From an uncultured Gammaproteobacteria bacterium (GTDB lineage Bacteria; Pseudomonadota; Gammaproteobacteria; GCA-001735895), in NCBI GenBank assembly GCA_937984095.1, contig CALJYH010000121.1, forward strand, positions 1-55,679: a stretch of 55,679 nt of DNA. Direction: 5' to 3'. Of the stretch, positions 26,327 through 34,770 are shown piece by piece. Positions within the stretch are counted from its first letter, which is position 1, and each line of letters opens with the position of its first letter. The notes below the pieces were generated by a model. That model searched no databases. It saw nothing but the letters and a program-made list of their open reading frames with translations, and was not told the DNA's origin. The position numbers and the translations under genes were made by a program.

Positions 26327-27976
26327 GTGATTCAGCGTCAACCATTTAACCAGCTGTTCCTGATCATGGCCACTGCGACCCTGCTGGTCAGCGCGGTTTC
26401 GATCATCAGCCTCTATAACACCGCTATTCAACAACAACGATTTAGCCTGATAGAAACCGTGCAAAGCCGGGCCCGCCTGATCGAATCAAGCGCGCAGTTT
26501 GATCTACGCCATCTCGACCGGGATATTTCGGAAGATGATCGATTCGCATTATTGGAGGAAATCAGCGCAATACAACGCGAGCACGCGCACTTTGGAAAAA
26601 CCGGAGAATTCGTGCTCGCCCGGCGTGACGGCGATCGGGTAGTATTTCTCCAAAAACTAAGGCATGCACAACCTGAAACCCTGGAATCAATCCCCTTAAA
26701 CGGAAATTTGGGCGAACCCATGCGGAGGGCACTGGCGGGTGAATCGGGCGTTCAAACCGCGTTTGATTACCGGGGCGAGAAAGTTTTGGCGGCATTCGAA
26801 CCCCTGCCAGCACTGGGGCTCGGCCTGGTCGCAAAGATCGACACCGCCGAAATTCGTACCCCTTTTGTGCGCGCCGGGTTTCTCGCGGGAGCGATTGCAC
26901 TATTCATTATCTTTGTCGCGAGCCGGTTCTTCCTGCGCATCTCGAGACCTCTCGAGGAAACCATCGACCAGCAGGCAGAAACCTTCCAGATCCTGGCGCA
27001 GACTTCGCGCGAGGGCATCGTCCTGGCCGGTACCGATGGCGTGATCCAGTTCGTCAATCCGGCCATCGAAAGCCTGTTTGGTTATCGCAAACGGGAACTA
27101 ATCGGAGAAAAGGTAAATGTATTAATGCCAAGGGAGCACAGCATAGCGCATGATGGTTACATACAAAAATATCTGCATACGGGGATTCCGACCATTGTTG
27201 GCACCGGGCGTCAGTTGAGCGCGATTCGCAAGGATGGTTCGCGCTTTCCAATTTACCTGTCGATCGGTGACATAAAAACCAGCCACACGCGTCTGTTTGC
27301 AGGAGTGATCATGGATATCAGCGAGCAGCAACAGTTGCAAAAAGAAATTCTGGAAATTCCGGTGAATGAACAACGCCGCATCGGGCAGGAGCTGCATGAT
27401 GGCCTTGGACAGCAATTAACCGGCCTTGGATTATTGGCGACCAGCCTGTTGAACAAGGCGAGCAAACCCGAGCATGAGCTGGCGTCTAAGCTGGCTAGCG
27501 GATTGCAGGACGCCATATCACAGGTGCGTGCGCTATCACGTGGCTTGATGCCGGTCGATATCGATACTGAAGGTTTTATGAATTCGCTCGAAAAACTGAT
27601 CGAAGATATTCGCCTGCAAACCAACCTCGATATTCATCTGAAGATACTGGATCGAATTCACATCGCGGATAACACGACCGCGATGCACCTTTATCGCATC
27701 GTCCAGGAAGCTCTGAACAATGCGGTAAAACATGCCGAAGCCAGCCAGATAAACGTCGGGTTGGGTGTCGAAGGCCTGCGTGGATGCTTTCTGATCAGCG
27801 ACAATGGCAAGGGATTGCATACTTCGCCCAAAGAATCTTCGGGGCTTGGTTTGCGAATCATGAGGCATCGCTGTGGCCTGATCGATGCTGACCTGGAGGT
27901 CGAATCCTCGCCTGAAGACGGCACCCGGATAAAATGTTACTTTCCTATCGAGAACAACGATAATTTAAGTCAATGA
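26327..27976 (+). CDS. sensor histidine kinase with periplasmic domain, FixL-type PAS and HisKA_3 transmitter
   Basis: Starts at GTG 26327 or ATG 26366. The order is TM, a ~160-aa periplasmic segment, then TM. The PAS block is VNVLMPREHSIAHDGYIQKYLHTGIPTIVGTGRQLSAIRKDGSRFPIYLSIGD, the H-box is ELHDGLGQQLTGL, and the ATPase motifs are EALNNAVKHA, DNGKG and GLGLRIM. Confidence 0.85.
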   Translation: MIQRQPFNQLFLIMATATLLVSAVSIISLYNTAIQQQRFSLIETVQSRARLIESSAQFDLRHLDRDISEDDRFALLEEISAIQREHAHFGKTGEFVLARRDGDRVVFLQKLRHAQPETLESIPLNGNLGEPMRRALAGESGVQTAFDYRGEKVLAAFEPLPALGLGLVAKIDTAEIRTPFVRAGFLAGAIALFIIFVASRFFLRISRPLEETIDQQAETFQILAQTSREGIVLAGTDGVIQFVNPAIESLFGYRKRELIGEKVNVLMPREHSIAHDGYIQKYLHTGIPTIVGTGRQLSAIRKDGSRFPIYLSIGDIKTSHTRLFAGVIMDISEQQQLQKEILEIPVNEQRRIGQELHDGLGQQLTGLGLLATSLLNKASKPEHELASKLASGLQDAISQVRALSRGLMPVDIDTEGFMNSLEKLIEDIRLQTNLDIHLKILDRIHIADNTTAMHLYRIVQEALNNAVKHAEASQINVGLGVEGLRGCFLISDNGKGLHTSPKESSGLGLRIMRHRCGLIDADLEVESSPEDGTRIKCYFPIENNDNLSQ

Positions 27977-28614
27977 CCAGAATCCTGATAGTTGATGATC
28001 ACCCGTTGGTGCGCACCGGATTTGCACAATTGATTGGTGATTGCCCCGACCTCGAGGTCTGCGGGGAGGCGGGTGATATGGCGGAAGCCCTTAAGCAGAT
28101 CGATGCAACCAGCCCGGACCTGGCGATTATCGATCTATCGCTGGCCGGCGGTAGCGGCCTGGATTTGATCGAGCGCATCAGATCTCGTAACAAGGATATC
28201 CTGATGCTGGTCGCCTCGATGCACGATGAAACGCTCTATGCGGAGCGCGTGCTGGCGGCAGGCGCACGCGGGTACATCAACAAGCAGGAAGCACAGGAGA
28301 GAATCATTCACGCGATTCGGCAGGTGCTGAGTGGAAAGGTTTACCTAAGTCAGCAGATGACGGACCGCCTGCTCAGCGGCATGGTTGATGCCAATGGCGG
28401 AAAACGCGACATAGACAGCCTCTCCAATCGTGAACTTCAGGTGTTTGAGTTAATCGGCGAAGGCGTTTCCAGTAGCCAGATTGCCGAACAACTTAACCTC
28501 AGCATCAAGACCATCGAAACCCACCAGGCGCACATCAAGAAAAAACTGGGCCTTGGATCAGCGCACGAATTAAACCAGCGCGCAATACGCTGGGCAATGG
28601 ATCAGCAGAGTTAA
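27973..28614 (+). CDS. NarL/FixJ-family response regulator
   Basis: Receiver domain (ILIVDDHPLV, IIDLSL) plus a LuxR-type HTH (LSNRELQVFELIGEGVSSSQIAEQLNLSIKTIETHQAHIKKKL). ATGA overlap with the kinase. Confidence 0.9.
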   Translation: MTRILIVDDHPLVRTGFAQLIGDCPDLEVCGEAGDMAEALKQIDATSPDLAIIDLSLAGGSGLDLIERIRSRNKDILMLVASMHDETLYAERVLAAGARGYINKQEAQERIIHAIRQVLSGKVYLSQQMTDRLLSGMVDANGGKRDIDSLSNRELQVFELIGEGVSSSQIAEQLNLSIKTIETHQAHIKKKLGLGSAHELNQRAIRWAMDQQS

Positions 28615-28637
28615 ATAAGCCTAAATTTACAAGGCAG

Positions 28638-28651
28638 TTGATCCGCGTCAA
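28638..28651 (+). promoter_or_regulatory. FNR-type box upstream of hsp20
   Basis: TTGATCCGCGTCAA, one mismatch. TATACT at 28674-28679 is a plausible -10, and the ATG follows at 28712. Confidence 0.5.
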
Positions 28652-28711
28652 TACCCCTTGTTCCGGGAATATATATACTGGTTTTATTATCCATTTAGTA
28701 AGGAGTGAGTC

Positions 28712-29155
28712 ATGAATATGCAAGTTTGGAATCCTTTTCAGGAATTCGAGAATCTGCTATCCCGTTACAATAAGGGAACGAGTGGTTCGGGTACTCAATT
28801 GAGTAACGACTTGAGTTTTGCTGATTGGGCGCCGTCCTGTGACATCGAGGAACAGGAAGACAGGTATGTTATCAAGGCGGATTTACCCGGTGTCGACAAG
28901 AAAGATATCGACGTCAAACTGGAAAACGGCGTAATCAGTATCCGCGGAGAAAAGCAGACCGAGAAGGAAACCGGTAAAGGCACCAAGCGCCATCGTACAG
29001 AGCGCTTTCACGGATCTTTCGCGCGCAGTTTTACCCTGCCAGACGCGGTTAAAGATGAAAGGGTAGAAGCGAATTACAAGGATGGAGTGTTGTCACTGGT
29101 GATTCCAAAGGCGGAAGAGGCCAAGCCGAAATCGATCGATATCAAGGTCAGTTAA
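28712..29155 (+). CDS. Hsp20/alpha-crystallin small heat-shock protein
   Basis: Alpha-crystallin domain (PSCDIEEQEDRYVIKADLPGV...GVLSLVIPK). Strong AGGAG upstream. Confidence 0.9.
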   Translation: MNMQVWNPFQEFENLLSRYNKGTSGSGTQLSNDLSFADWAPSCDIEEQEDRYVIKADLPGVDKKDIDVKLENGVISIRGEKQTEKETGKGTKRHRTERFHGSFARSFTLPDAVKDERVEANYKDGVLSLVIPKAEEAKPKSIDIKVS

Positions 29156-29173
29156 TTACCCTGACTTCAGCTG

Positions 29174-29202
29174 GCGGCATACACTGTATGCCGCTTTTTT
29201 TT
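29174..29202 (+). terminator. rho-independent terminator after hsp20
   Basis: GCGGCAT...ATGCCGC hairpin followed by T8. Confidence 0.75.
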
Positions 29203-29269
29203 GTCCTTTCACTCAGGCGCAAGCCGGCTAACCCAACCCTGCAAGCCAAGAAATAAACCCGATCATGCA

Positions 29270-29283
29270 TTGATTCAAATCAA
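29270..29283 (+). promoter_or_regulatory. FNR/ANR box upstream of usp
   Basis: TTGATTCAAATCAA is a perfect consensus match. CATTAT at 29306-29311 is a candidate -10, and the ATG follows at 29342. Confidence 0.7.
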
Positions 29284-29341
29284 TACCCCGGTAAACTTTG
29301 TCACCCATTATCGTCTTATCTTCCGATTGGAGTAAAAAACC

Positions 29342-30181
29342 ATGGAATTCAAGAATATACTCATTCACCTGGATCACAGCAGCGGCTGTGATAACCGGCT
29401 GGACATCGCTTTTAAGCTGGCACAGAAATTCGATGCGAAACTCGCCGGGTTATTTATCGTCCCTGATTACGTCGTGCCATCCTATGTCGAAGCCCAGATC
29501 AGTGTCGACTTGATTACCGACGTAACCGAAAAGGCAGTCGCACGGGCAAAGGAGACGCTGGCCGGATATCAAAAACTCGCTGATGATGCAGGGATCAAGA
29601 TGGAAGCTCATGTAGTGGAAGGACAGGTCATACCGATCCTGCGTGAGCATACGAAGTATTCAGACCTGTTGTTGCTGGGACAGGACCAACCCGATGACCC
29701 TGATAATTCAAGCTACGGGCTCGCCGATGCGCTGCTGTTTGAGGGCGCCTGCGCCTGCATGGTGGTGCCACATAGTGGGAAACTCGCAGTTCCGGGAAAA
29801 CGAGTGTTACTCACCTGGAATGCCAGCCGTGAATCCGCACGCGCGCTGCGCGAGGCTATGCCTTTTCTAAGCCGTGCGGAAACGGTCGTGGTACTGTCGT
29901 CGGAACCGAACGATGGCGATAGCGATACGGCGCGGGGTCATCCACACGCACAGGAACTCGACAGGCTACTAAAGTCGCATGGGATCGAGGCGGTTTCCAG
30001 CGGCATCAGCGATCCGGATATCAGTGCCACCGACGCGATCATCGGTCAGGCAGCCGATATGAATGCCGATATGATTATCATGGGTGCTTACGGTCACGCA
30101 CGCCTGCGCGAAATTATCCTGGGCGGGGTAACTCGTGATTTACTCAAGCAGTCACCCGTCCCTCTATTTCTCGCACACTAA
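29342..30181 (+). CDS. tandem universal stress protein (UspA family)
   Basis: 279 aa made of two Usp domains. The C-terminal domain has GAYGHARLREIILGGVT. GGAG lies upstream. Confidence 0.85.
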   Translation: MEFKNILIHLDHSSGCDNRLDIAFKLAQKFDAKLAGLFIVPDYVVPSYVEAQISVDLITDVTEKAVARAKETLAGYQKLADDAGIKMEAHVVEGQVIPILREHTKYSDLLLLGQDQPDDPDNSSYGLADALLFEGACACMVVPHSGKLAVPGKRVLLTWNASRESARALREAMPFLSRAETVVVLSSEPNDGDSDTARGHPHAQELDRLLKSHGIEAVSSGISDPDISATDAIIGQAADMNADMIIMGAYGHARLREIILGGVTRDLLKQSPVPLFLAH

Positions 30182-31032
30182 CCGCCGGCCTGCTGATTAA
30201 AAAAGGAAGCCCCCGCAGGAATTTCCGGGTTTTCCATATCGAAAGCCACGGAACGTATGCGACCGGGGTCTTCGCCATGCACCACTTGGCCTGAGTAAAC
30301 GCTCGGTACCGCACAAGGTACCAGGGGTATAGCATCCGCGGCGGTCAGGGTTGCGATATAAAGCGTACGCGGTCGCTGCGTCAGGTTTTCCGACGAAGCG
30401 TGCAGTGCGCGCGTATGCATCAGGCACAAACTACCGGCAGGACCCAGACACTCGATTGCCTTGGTTTCACACTCCGCGGCTATCCCATCATCGACTGCCC
30501 CGGTAAATTTTCCATGCTGCCACAGTGAGTGCAGCGGCCCACGATGCGAACCCTGAACAACCCGCGCCGGACCAATGGCGCTATCGATATCGTCGAAAAA
30601 AAGCATGGCTGTGATGCAGTCATCGTTGCTGTGGGGATCAAAGGTGAAATCCTGGTGCCATTTCACGGTAGTGCCGCTGCCTGGTAACTTGCTATTGAGC
30701 TTGGCATGATGAAAACGCAGGTTTTCGCCCAGCAGATCAGCTACCGCTTCGAGCATGGGCCCCTCCTCGATCAGCTTTAAAAACGCTTCCGAAATTTCCT
30801 CGGGAGACGCAACGCGGCGCAGGGCGGGAGCATCGGCACAATGACCTGGCTCCACGTCAAAACGTGGTCGACCATCCAGCATTTCACCGAAGGGCCCGTC
30901 ATGTTGGCGGGACTCCTCGATCCAGCGTTCGTGTTGCTGGCGGGCCGGCTCCAGGTCTGCAGCCGAATAAGCCGACACCACCACGACCACCCCGCTTTCC
31001 CAAAATTCCGCTATTTGCGCTTCACTTAACAT
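30178..31032 (-). CDS. phytanoyl-CoA dioxygenase (PhyH) family Fe(II)/2-oxoglutarate oxygenase
   Basis: HxD in VKWHQDF, distal His in HTRALHASSEN, and an RPRTL Arg. Clear paralogue of 50324-51181. Confidence 0.8.
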   Translation of the reverse strand: MLSEAQIAEFWESGVVVVVSAYSAADLEPARQQHERWIEESRQHDGPFGEMLDGRPRFDVEPGHCADAPALRRVASPEEISEAFLKLIEEGPMLEAVADLLGENLRFHHAKLNSKLPGSGTTVKWHQDFTFDPHSNDDCITAMLFFDDIDSAIGPARVVQGSHRGPLHSLWQHGKFTGAVDDGIAAECETKAIECLGPAGSLCLMHTRALHASSENLTQRPRTLYIATLTAADAIPLVPCAVPSVYSGQVVHGEDPGRIRSVAFDMENPEIPAGASFFNQQAGG

Positions 31033-31128
31033 AGTCTCACCATTCTACCGCCAATACCCTGTGGCGCTTAAATATTTTATGCTACCAATATTCCGCCCAC
31101 ATTGGTGAATGGCCTGAAAAAGTCGCTC

Positions 31129-31152
31129 CCAACCGGCGCATGCGCCGGTTGG
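31129..31152 (-). terminator. 24-bp perfect palindrome downstream of the ureohydrolase gene (possible terminator or operator)
   Basis: CCAACCGGCGCA/TGCGCCGGTTGG. It lies 39 nt after the ureohydrolase stop, with no immediate U-tract on the minus strand (GAGCGACTTTTT follows). Confidence 0.35.
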
Positions 31153-31190
31153 TCCATCCATGGAATCGCTTGGAGCGCGGCATCGAACTC

Positions 31191-32189
31191 CTAGACCGAT
31201 TGGTTTGTGTCGGCGATCAGGCTCAGGATTTCAAACATTACGGCGGTGGCGAAATGCGAGGTTTGCCGATTGGGGTGATCCTTGGTTGGCATCAGGCATA
31301 CCACGTCACCGCCGATGATGTTTTTCCCGCGCACGCAACGTAATAATTCCATCACTTCATCGACCTGGAAACCCTGGATACCACATTCGAGATTAGCCAC
31401 GCCGGGACATATGGTGGTATCCATGCAGTCCAGGTCAAAGGTGATATACAGCGGCGCATCGCCAATGCGATCGTTAATCAACTCCATGGTTTTCTCAGGC
31501 CCCAGTTCACGATAACGTTTGATCGGCACCACTTCGTAACCGAGATCAGAACTGGTTTTCCACCAGTCGAGCGTTCGTGGGTTGCCGCGCATGCCGATCT
31601 GCACGCTATGCGCGGTATCGATGTAACCGTCACGCACCAGGTAAGCCGCCCAGTGCGCCGCGGACTTGACCGCACCGAGGAAATGAGGAACCTGCTCGTA
31701 AGCATCGGTATGGGCATCGAAATGCAGAAATGCAGCCTTGCGCCCATCAGTCAAGCGAGCCTTGTCACCGGAAATGGCCTGCATGATGCCGCCCGTAATG
31801 GCATGGTCACCACCGATCGACACCGGGCGAGTGCCGGCGGCGTCTAGAGTGCGGTAAAAGTCGGTAATACGCTCGATGCAGCGCTCATTGTCATTCGCTT
31901 CCGGCAAGGGTACGTCACCCATGTCCCCAATGCGGCAGCTCTGCCAGGGATCGACCTGGAACTCTGAATGCACCCGGCGCGACATAGCGGAGACATCGCG
32001 CACCGCGCGCGGCCCGAGGTGCTGATCGCGTTCTGTAGTTCCGTTGCCGGTCGAATGCGGAACGCCGACCAGCGCAATATCAAGTTTTGCCGGATCACGC
32101 TCGATCGGGCATCTGAACAAGGTCGGAATATCCCACCAGTAAAGACCTTCCAGCATCATCCTGTCTTCGGCAGATAAGTTATCGCTCAT
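31191..32189 (-). CDS. arginase/agmatinase-family ureohydrolase (guanidino-compound hydrolase)
   Basis: Metal-site motifs SIGGDHAIT, FDAHTD and FDLDCMD. GAGGAA RBS. Confidence 0.85.
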   Translation of the reverse strand: MSDNLSAEDRMMLEGLYWWDIPTLFRCPIERDPAKLDIALVGVPHSTGNGTTERDQHLGPRAVRDVSAMSRRVHSEFQVDPWQSCRIGDMGDVPLPEANDNERCIERITDFYRTLDAAGTRPVSIGGDHAITGGIMQAISGDKARLTDGRKAAFLHFDAHTDAYEQVPHFLGAVKSAAHWAAYLVRDGYIDTAHSVQIGMRGNPRTLDWWKTSSDLGYEVVPIKRYRELGPEKTMELINDRIGDAPLYITFDLDCMDTTICPGVANLECGIQGFQVDEVMELLRCVRGKNIIGGDVVCLMPTKDHPNRQTSHFATAVMFEILSLIADTNQSV

Positions 32190-32207
32190 TTTAATTTCCT
32201 CGGTTTT

Positions 32208-33038
32208 TTAGTAGGCACGCTTTTGGGATGCGCCCTGGTATAAAATATCTGCCCAGTTGCGGTTTGCCTTTTCGCGCTCGTTAACTCCTTCGGGATCCAT
32301 ATCGTGGCTGGGCCGCTTGAGATAAACAAAATCCGGCTGTGCACAATTACCTCGCATCGGCAGCCAGTAGTTTTCACCCAGGGTCTGACGTGCACCGGCG
32401 GGCATGTAAGCCTGCATTGCGAATCCGATCCGCCGTTGTTGACTCCGGTTCGGCTGCGACCCATGGATTACCTTTGCGTGGTGCAATGACATTTGTCCGG
32501 GTTTTAGAATCAAATCGACTGCAGTTGATTCGTCGATGTTCTGTATTTCCTGGCCACGGGTCAGAATATTGTCTTGGTGGAAGGTTTCCTGGTGCGGTTG
32601 TATCGAATTCTGATGACTTCCCGGAATCATGCTCATACAACCGGTTTCACGATTACTTGCAGTTAACGCGACCCAGGAGGTGACATAGTTGTGCGGCGTA
32701 ATACCCATATAGGTCGCATCCTGGTGCCAGCTTACGAAGTGACTGGTTTGTGGTTCCTTGATAAACAATACGCTACCCCACAGCGCGAAGTCGCGTCCAA
32801 TCAAATCCTCGACCGCATCCAGAATTACGGGGTGATGTGCCAGTTCATCGAGAAATTTAAAGGCCAGGTGTGGATTGTTGCGATTCTCGGCATTTAGCTG
32901 ATCGGGATACTTCGCTTCCGCCGATCTCAGGCGCTGTTCGTATTCCGCGGCCTCGTCTTCGGAAATCACATGGATGGGCGCTATGAATCCCTGCTCGCGA
33001 TACTGCTCTACCTGTTGCTGCGAAAGTACTTTACCCAC
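32208..33038 (-). CDS. PhyH-family Fe(II)/2-oxoglutarate oxygenase
   Basis: FVSWHQDATY (HxD) and HHAKVIHGSQPNRS. GTG start. It lies 18 nt upstream of the ureohydrolase. Confidence 0.8.
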   Translation of the reverse strand: MGKVLSQQQVEQYREQGFIAPIHVISEDEAAEYEQRLRSAEAKYPDQLNAENRNNPHLAFKFLDELAHHPVILDAVEDLIGRDFALWGSVLFIKEPQTSHFVSWHQDATYMGITPHNYVTSWVALTASNRETGCMSMIPGSHQNSIQPHQETFHQDNILTRGQEIQNIDESTAVDLILKPGQMSLHHAKVIHGSQPNRSQQRRIGFAMQAYMPAGARQTLGENYWLPMRGNCAQPDFVYLKRPSHDMDPEGVNEREKANRNWADILYQGASQKRAY

Positions 33039-33125
33039 GACTCGTTAACTCGTGAATTGGGAATCCTGCGATAGTAGCGTAAACTCGCGCCGAACCAATA
33101 GCAGAAAGTTGCAATCTTTCCGGCC

Positions 33126-33329
33126 ATGAAAAAACTCGACAAACAAACGCTGATGGGTATCCGCGACCAGTTCGGCAGTTACGCCTGGGACGATGCGGAA
33201 ATTTCGGAGTTGGTGGACCCGCAGCTGGGTATCATCACCGGCTTCCAGGAACTTCTCGACCAGCTCGAGGTATTACGTAAAATCGACCTCGAAGCAATGC
33301 CCCCCGCCGGCGATATAATCACCAAATGA
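33126..33329 (+). CDS. GatC/AtzG-like small amidase partner
   Basis: 67 aa, acidic, ending ...LEVLRKIDLEAMPPAGDIITK as GatC-type subunits do. Its stop overlaps the amidase ATG as ATGA. Confidence 0.5.
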   Translation: MKKLDKQTLMGIRDQFGSYAWDDAEISELVDPQLGIITGFQELLDQLEVLRKIDLEAMPPAGDIITK

Positions 33330-34687
33330 GCGCCTCGCCGGCGTTTGCGCCGATCACCGAAATCAACCTGCGGTTGCGCAATGGCGATCTCAGCGCCATT
33401 GAATTGGTCAATTTGTATACGGACCGAATCGAGCGCTTTGGTGAGATCAGCAAGGCCTTTATCAGTCTCGATACCAAAAGCGCACTCTCAAAAGCAGAAA
33501 TAATTGATGAAAGTTTTAAAGATGATCTGCCTCTCAATGGAATTCCCTACGCCTGCAAGGACTTGTTTGATGTTAAAGGTCTGCCGACCACGGCAGGGTC
33601 GCAGGTGCTGCAGGATAACGTGGCGCAACAGGATGCGGCAGCGATCAAATGCATGAACCAGGCCGGCGCAATATGCATCGGCAAAAACAACCTGCACGAG
33701 TTTGCCTACGGCGCGACGGGTGAAAATACGCTTTACGGTACGGTGCCCAATCCCTATGACCAGTCACGTCTTGCAGGCGGTTCGAGCAGCGGTTCGGCTG
33801 CTGCGGTGGGCTTCGGCCTTTGCGCCGCGGCGCTCGGTACCGATACCGGTGGATCGGTTCGTGCACCCGCTGCCCTTTGCGGGCTGGTGGGTTTCAAACC
33901 AACCTACGGGCGCATCAGTACCGAGGGCGTCATACCTTATTCATGGACACTTGACCATGTCGGCACACTTACCCGTAGCGTGGCCGATGTTGGGCTTTTA
34001 TTTGATTCACTGGCGCTAGAGTCGCAACCTCCAGTGCAGAAAGGTCTGGATAATCTGACTATTGGAATCCCGGAGTCTTTCTTTTTTAATCGATGCGACA
34101 GCGAAATTCTAGACAGCATCGACGCGCTAATGAATTTTTTACGCCAGGCCGGTGCGAATCTCAAACCGGTATCCATGCCATCGATGGAATATACCCGCAC
34201 GGTATCACTGACAGTACAAATGCCGGAGGCACTGTCCTATCACAATCGCTACCTGGAACAGCGAGGGCATTTGTACAGCCAGGATTTCCGCGCGGGGCTG
34301 GCGCTGGGCCAATGCCTGCTTGCCGAGCAATATATCCGCGCCAAGCGTTTCATCGAAACCTACCGCAACGATATGGGCAAGGTATTTGCAGAGGTCGATG
34401 TGCTACTGACGCCCGCAACGCCGGTGATAGCGCCGAAAATCGGCGTGGTCGAGGTGACCGTAGATGGATATTCCGAGCCCGCCGGAAACGCAATAACCCG
34501 GTACACCTCTTTCTTTAACATGACCGGGCATCCGGCAATTACACTGCCTTGCGGCTTACACGGCGAGGGCTTGCCGATCGGAGCGCAGCTAGTCGGCAGG
34601 CATTTTGGCGACGAGCAATTAATCGACATTGCAGAACAGATTGAATCTTGCTACGACTTCGAACTGCCTCTGCCGAACCTGGATTAA
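33326..34687 (+). CDS. amidase-signature amidase (GatA/AtzE-like)
   Basis: GGSSSGSAAAV and catalytic Lys in PYACKDLFD. 453 aa. Confidence 0.85.
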   Translation: MSASPAFAPITEINLRLRNGDLSAIELVNLYTDRIERFGEISKAFISLDTKSALSKAEIIDESFKDDLPLNGIPYACKDLFDVKGLPTTAGSQVLQDNVAQQDAAAIKCMNQAGAICIGKNNLHEFAYGATGENTLYGTVPNPYDQSRLAGGSSSGSAAAVGFGLCAAALGTDTGGSVRAPAALCGLVGFKPTYGRISTEGVIPYSWTLDHVGTLTRSVADVGLLFDSLALESQPPVQKGLDNLTIGIPESFFFNRCDSEILDSIDALMNFLRQAGANLKPVSMPSMEYTRTVSLTVQMPEALSYHNRYLEQRGHLYSQDFRAGLALGQCLLAEQYIRAKRFIETYRNDMGKVFAEVDVLLTPATPVIAPKIGVVEVTVDGYSEPAGNAITRYTSFFNMTGHPAITLPCGLHGEGLPIGAQLVGRHFGDEQLIDIAEQIESCYDFELPLPNLD

Positions 34688-34770
34688 ATATCATTCTGGC
34701 CTTGAGCAGATACGTCCGGAAGCCGCCTACGCCCGAATGACGGGTAAATTCTGTTTTTCGGGGTAACGGA

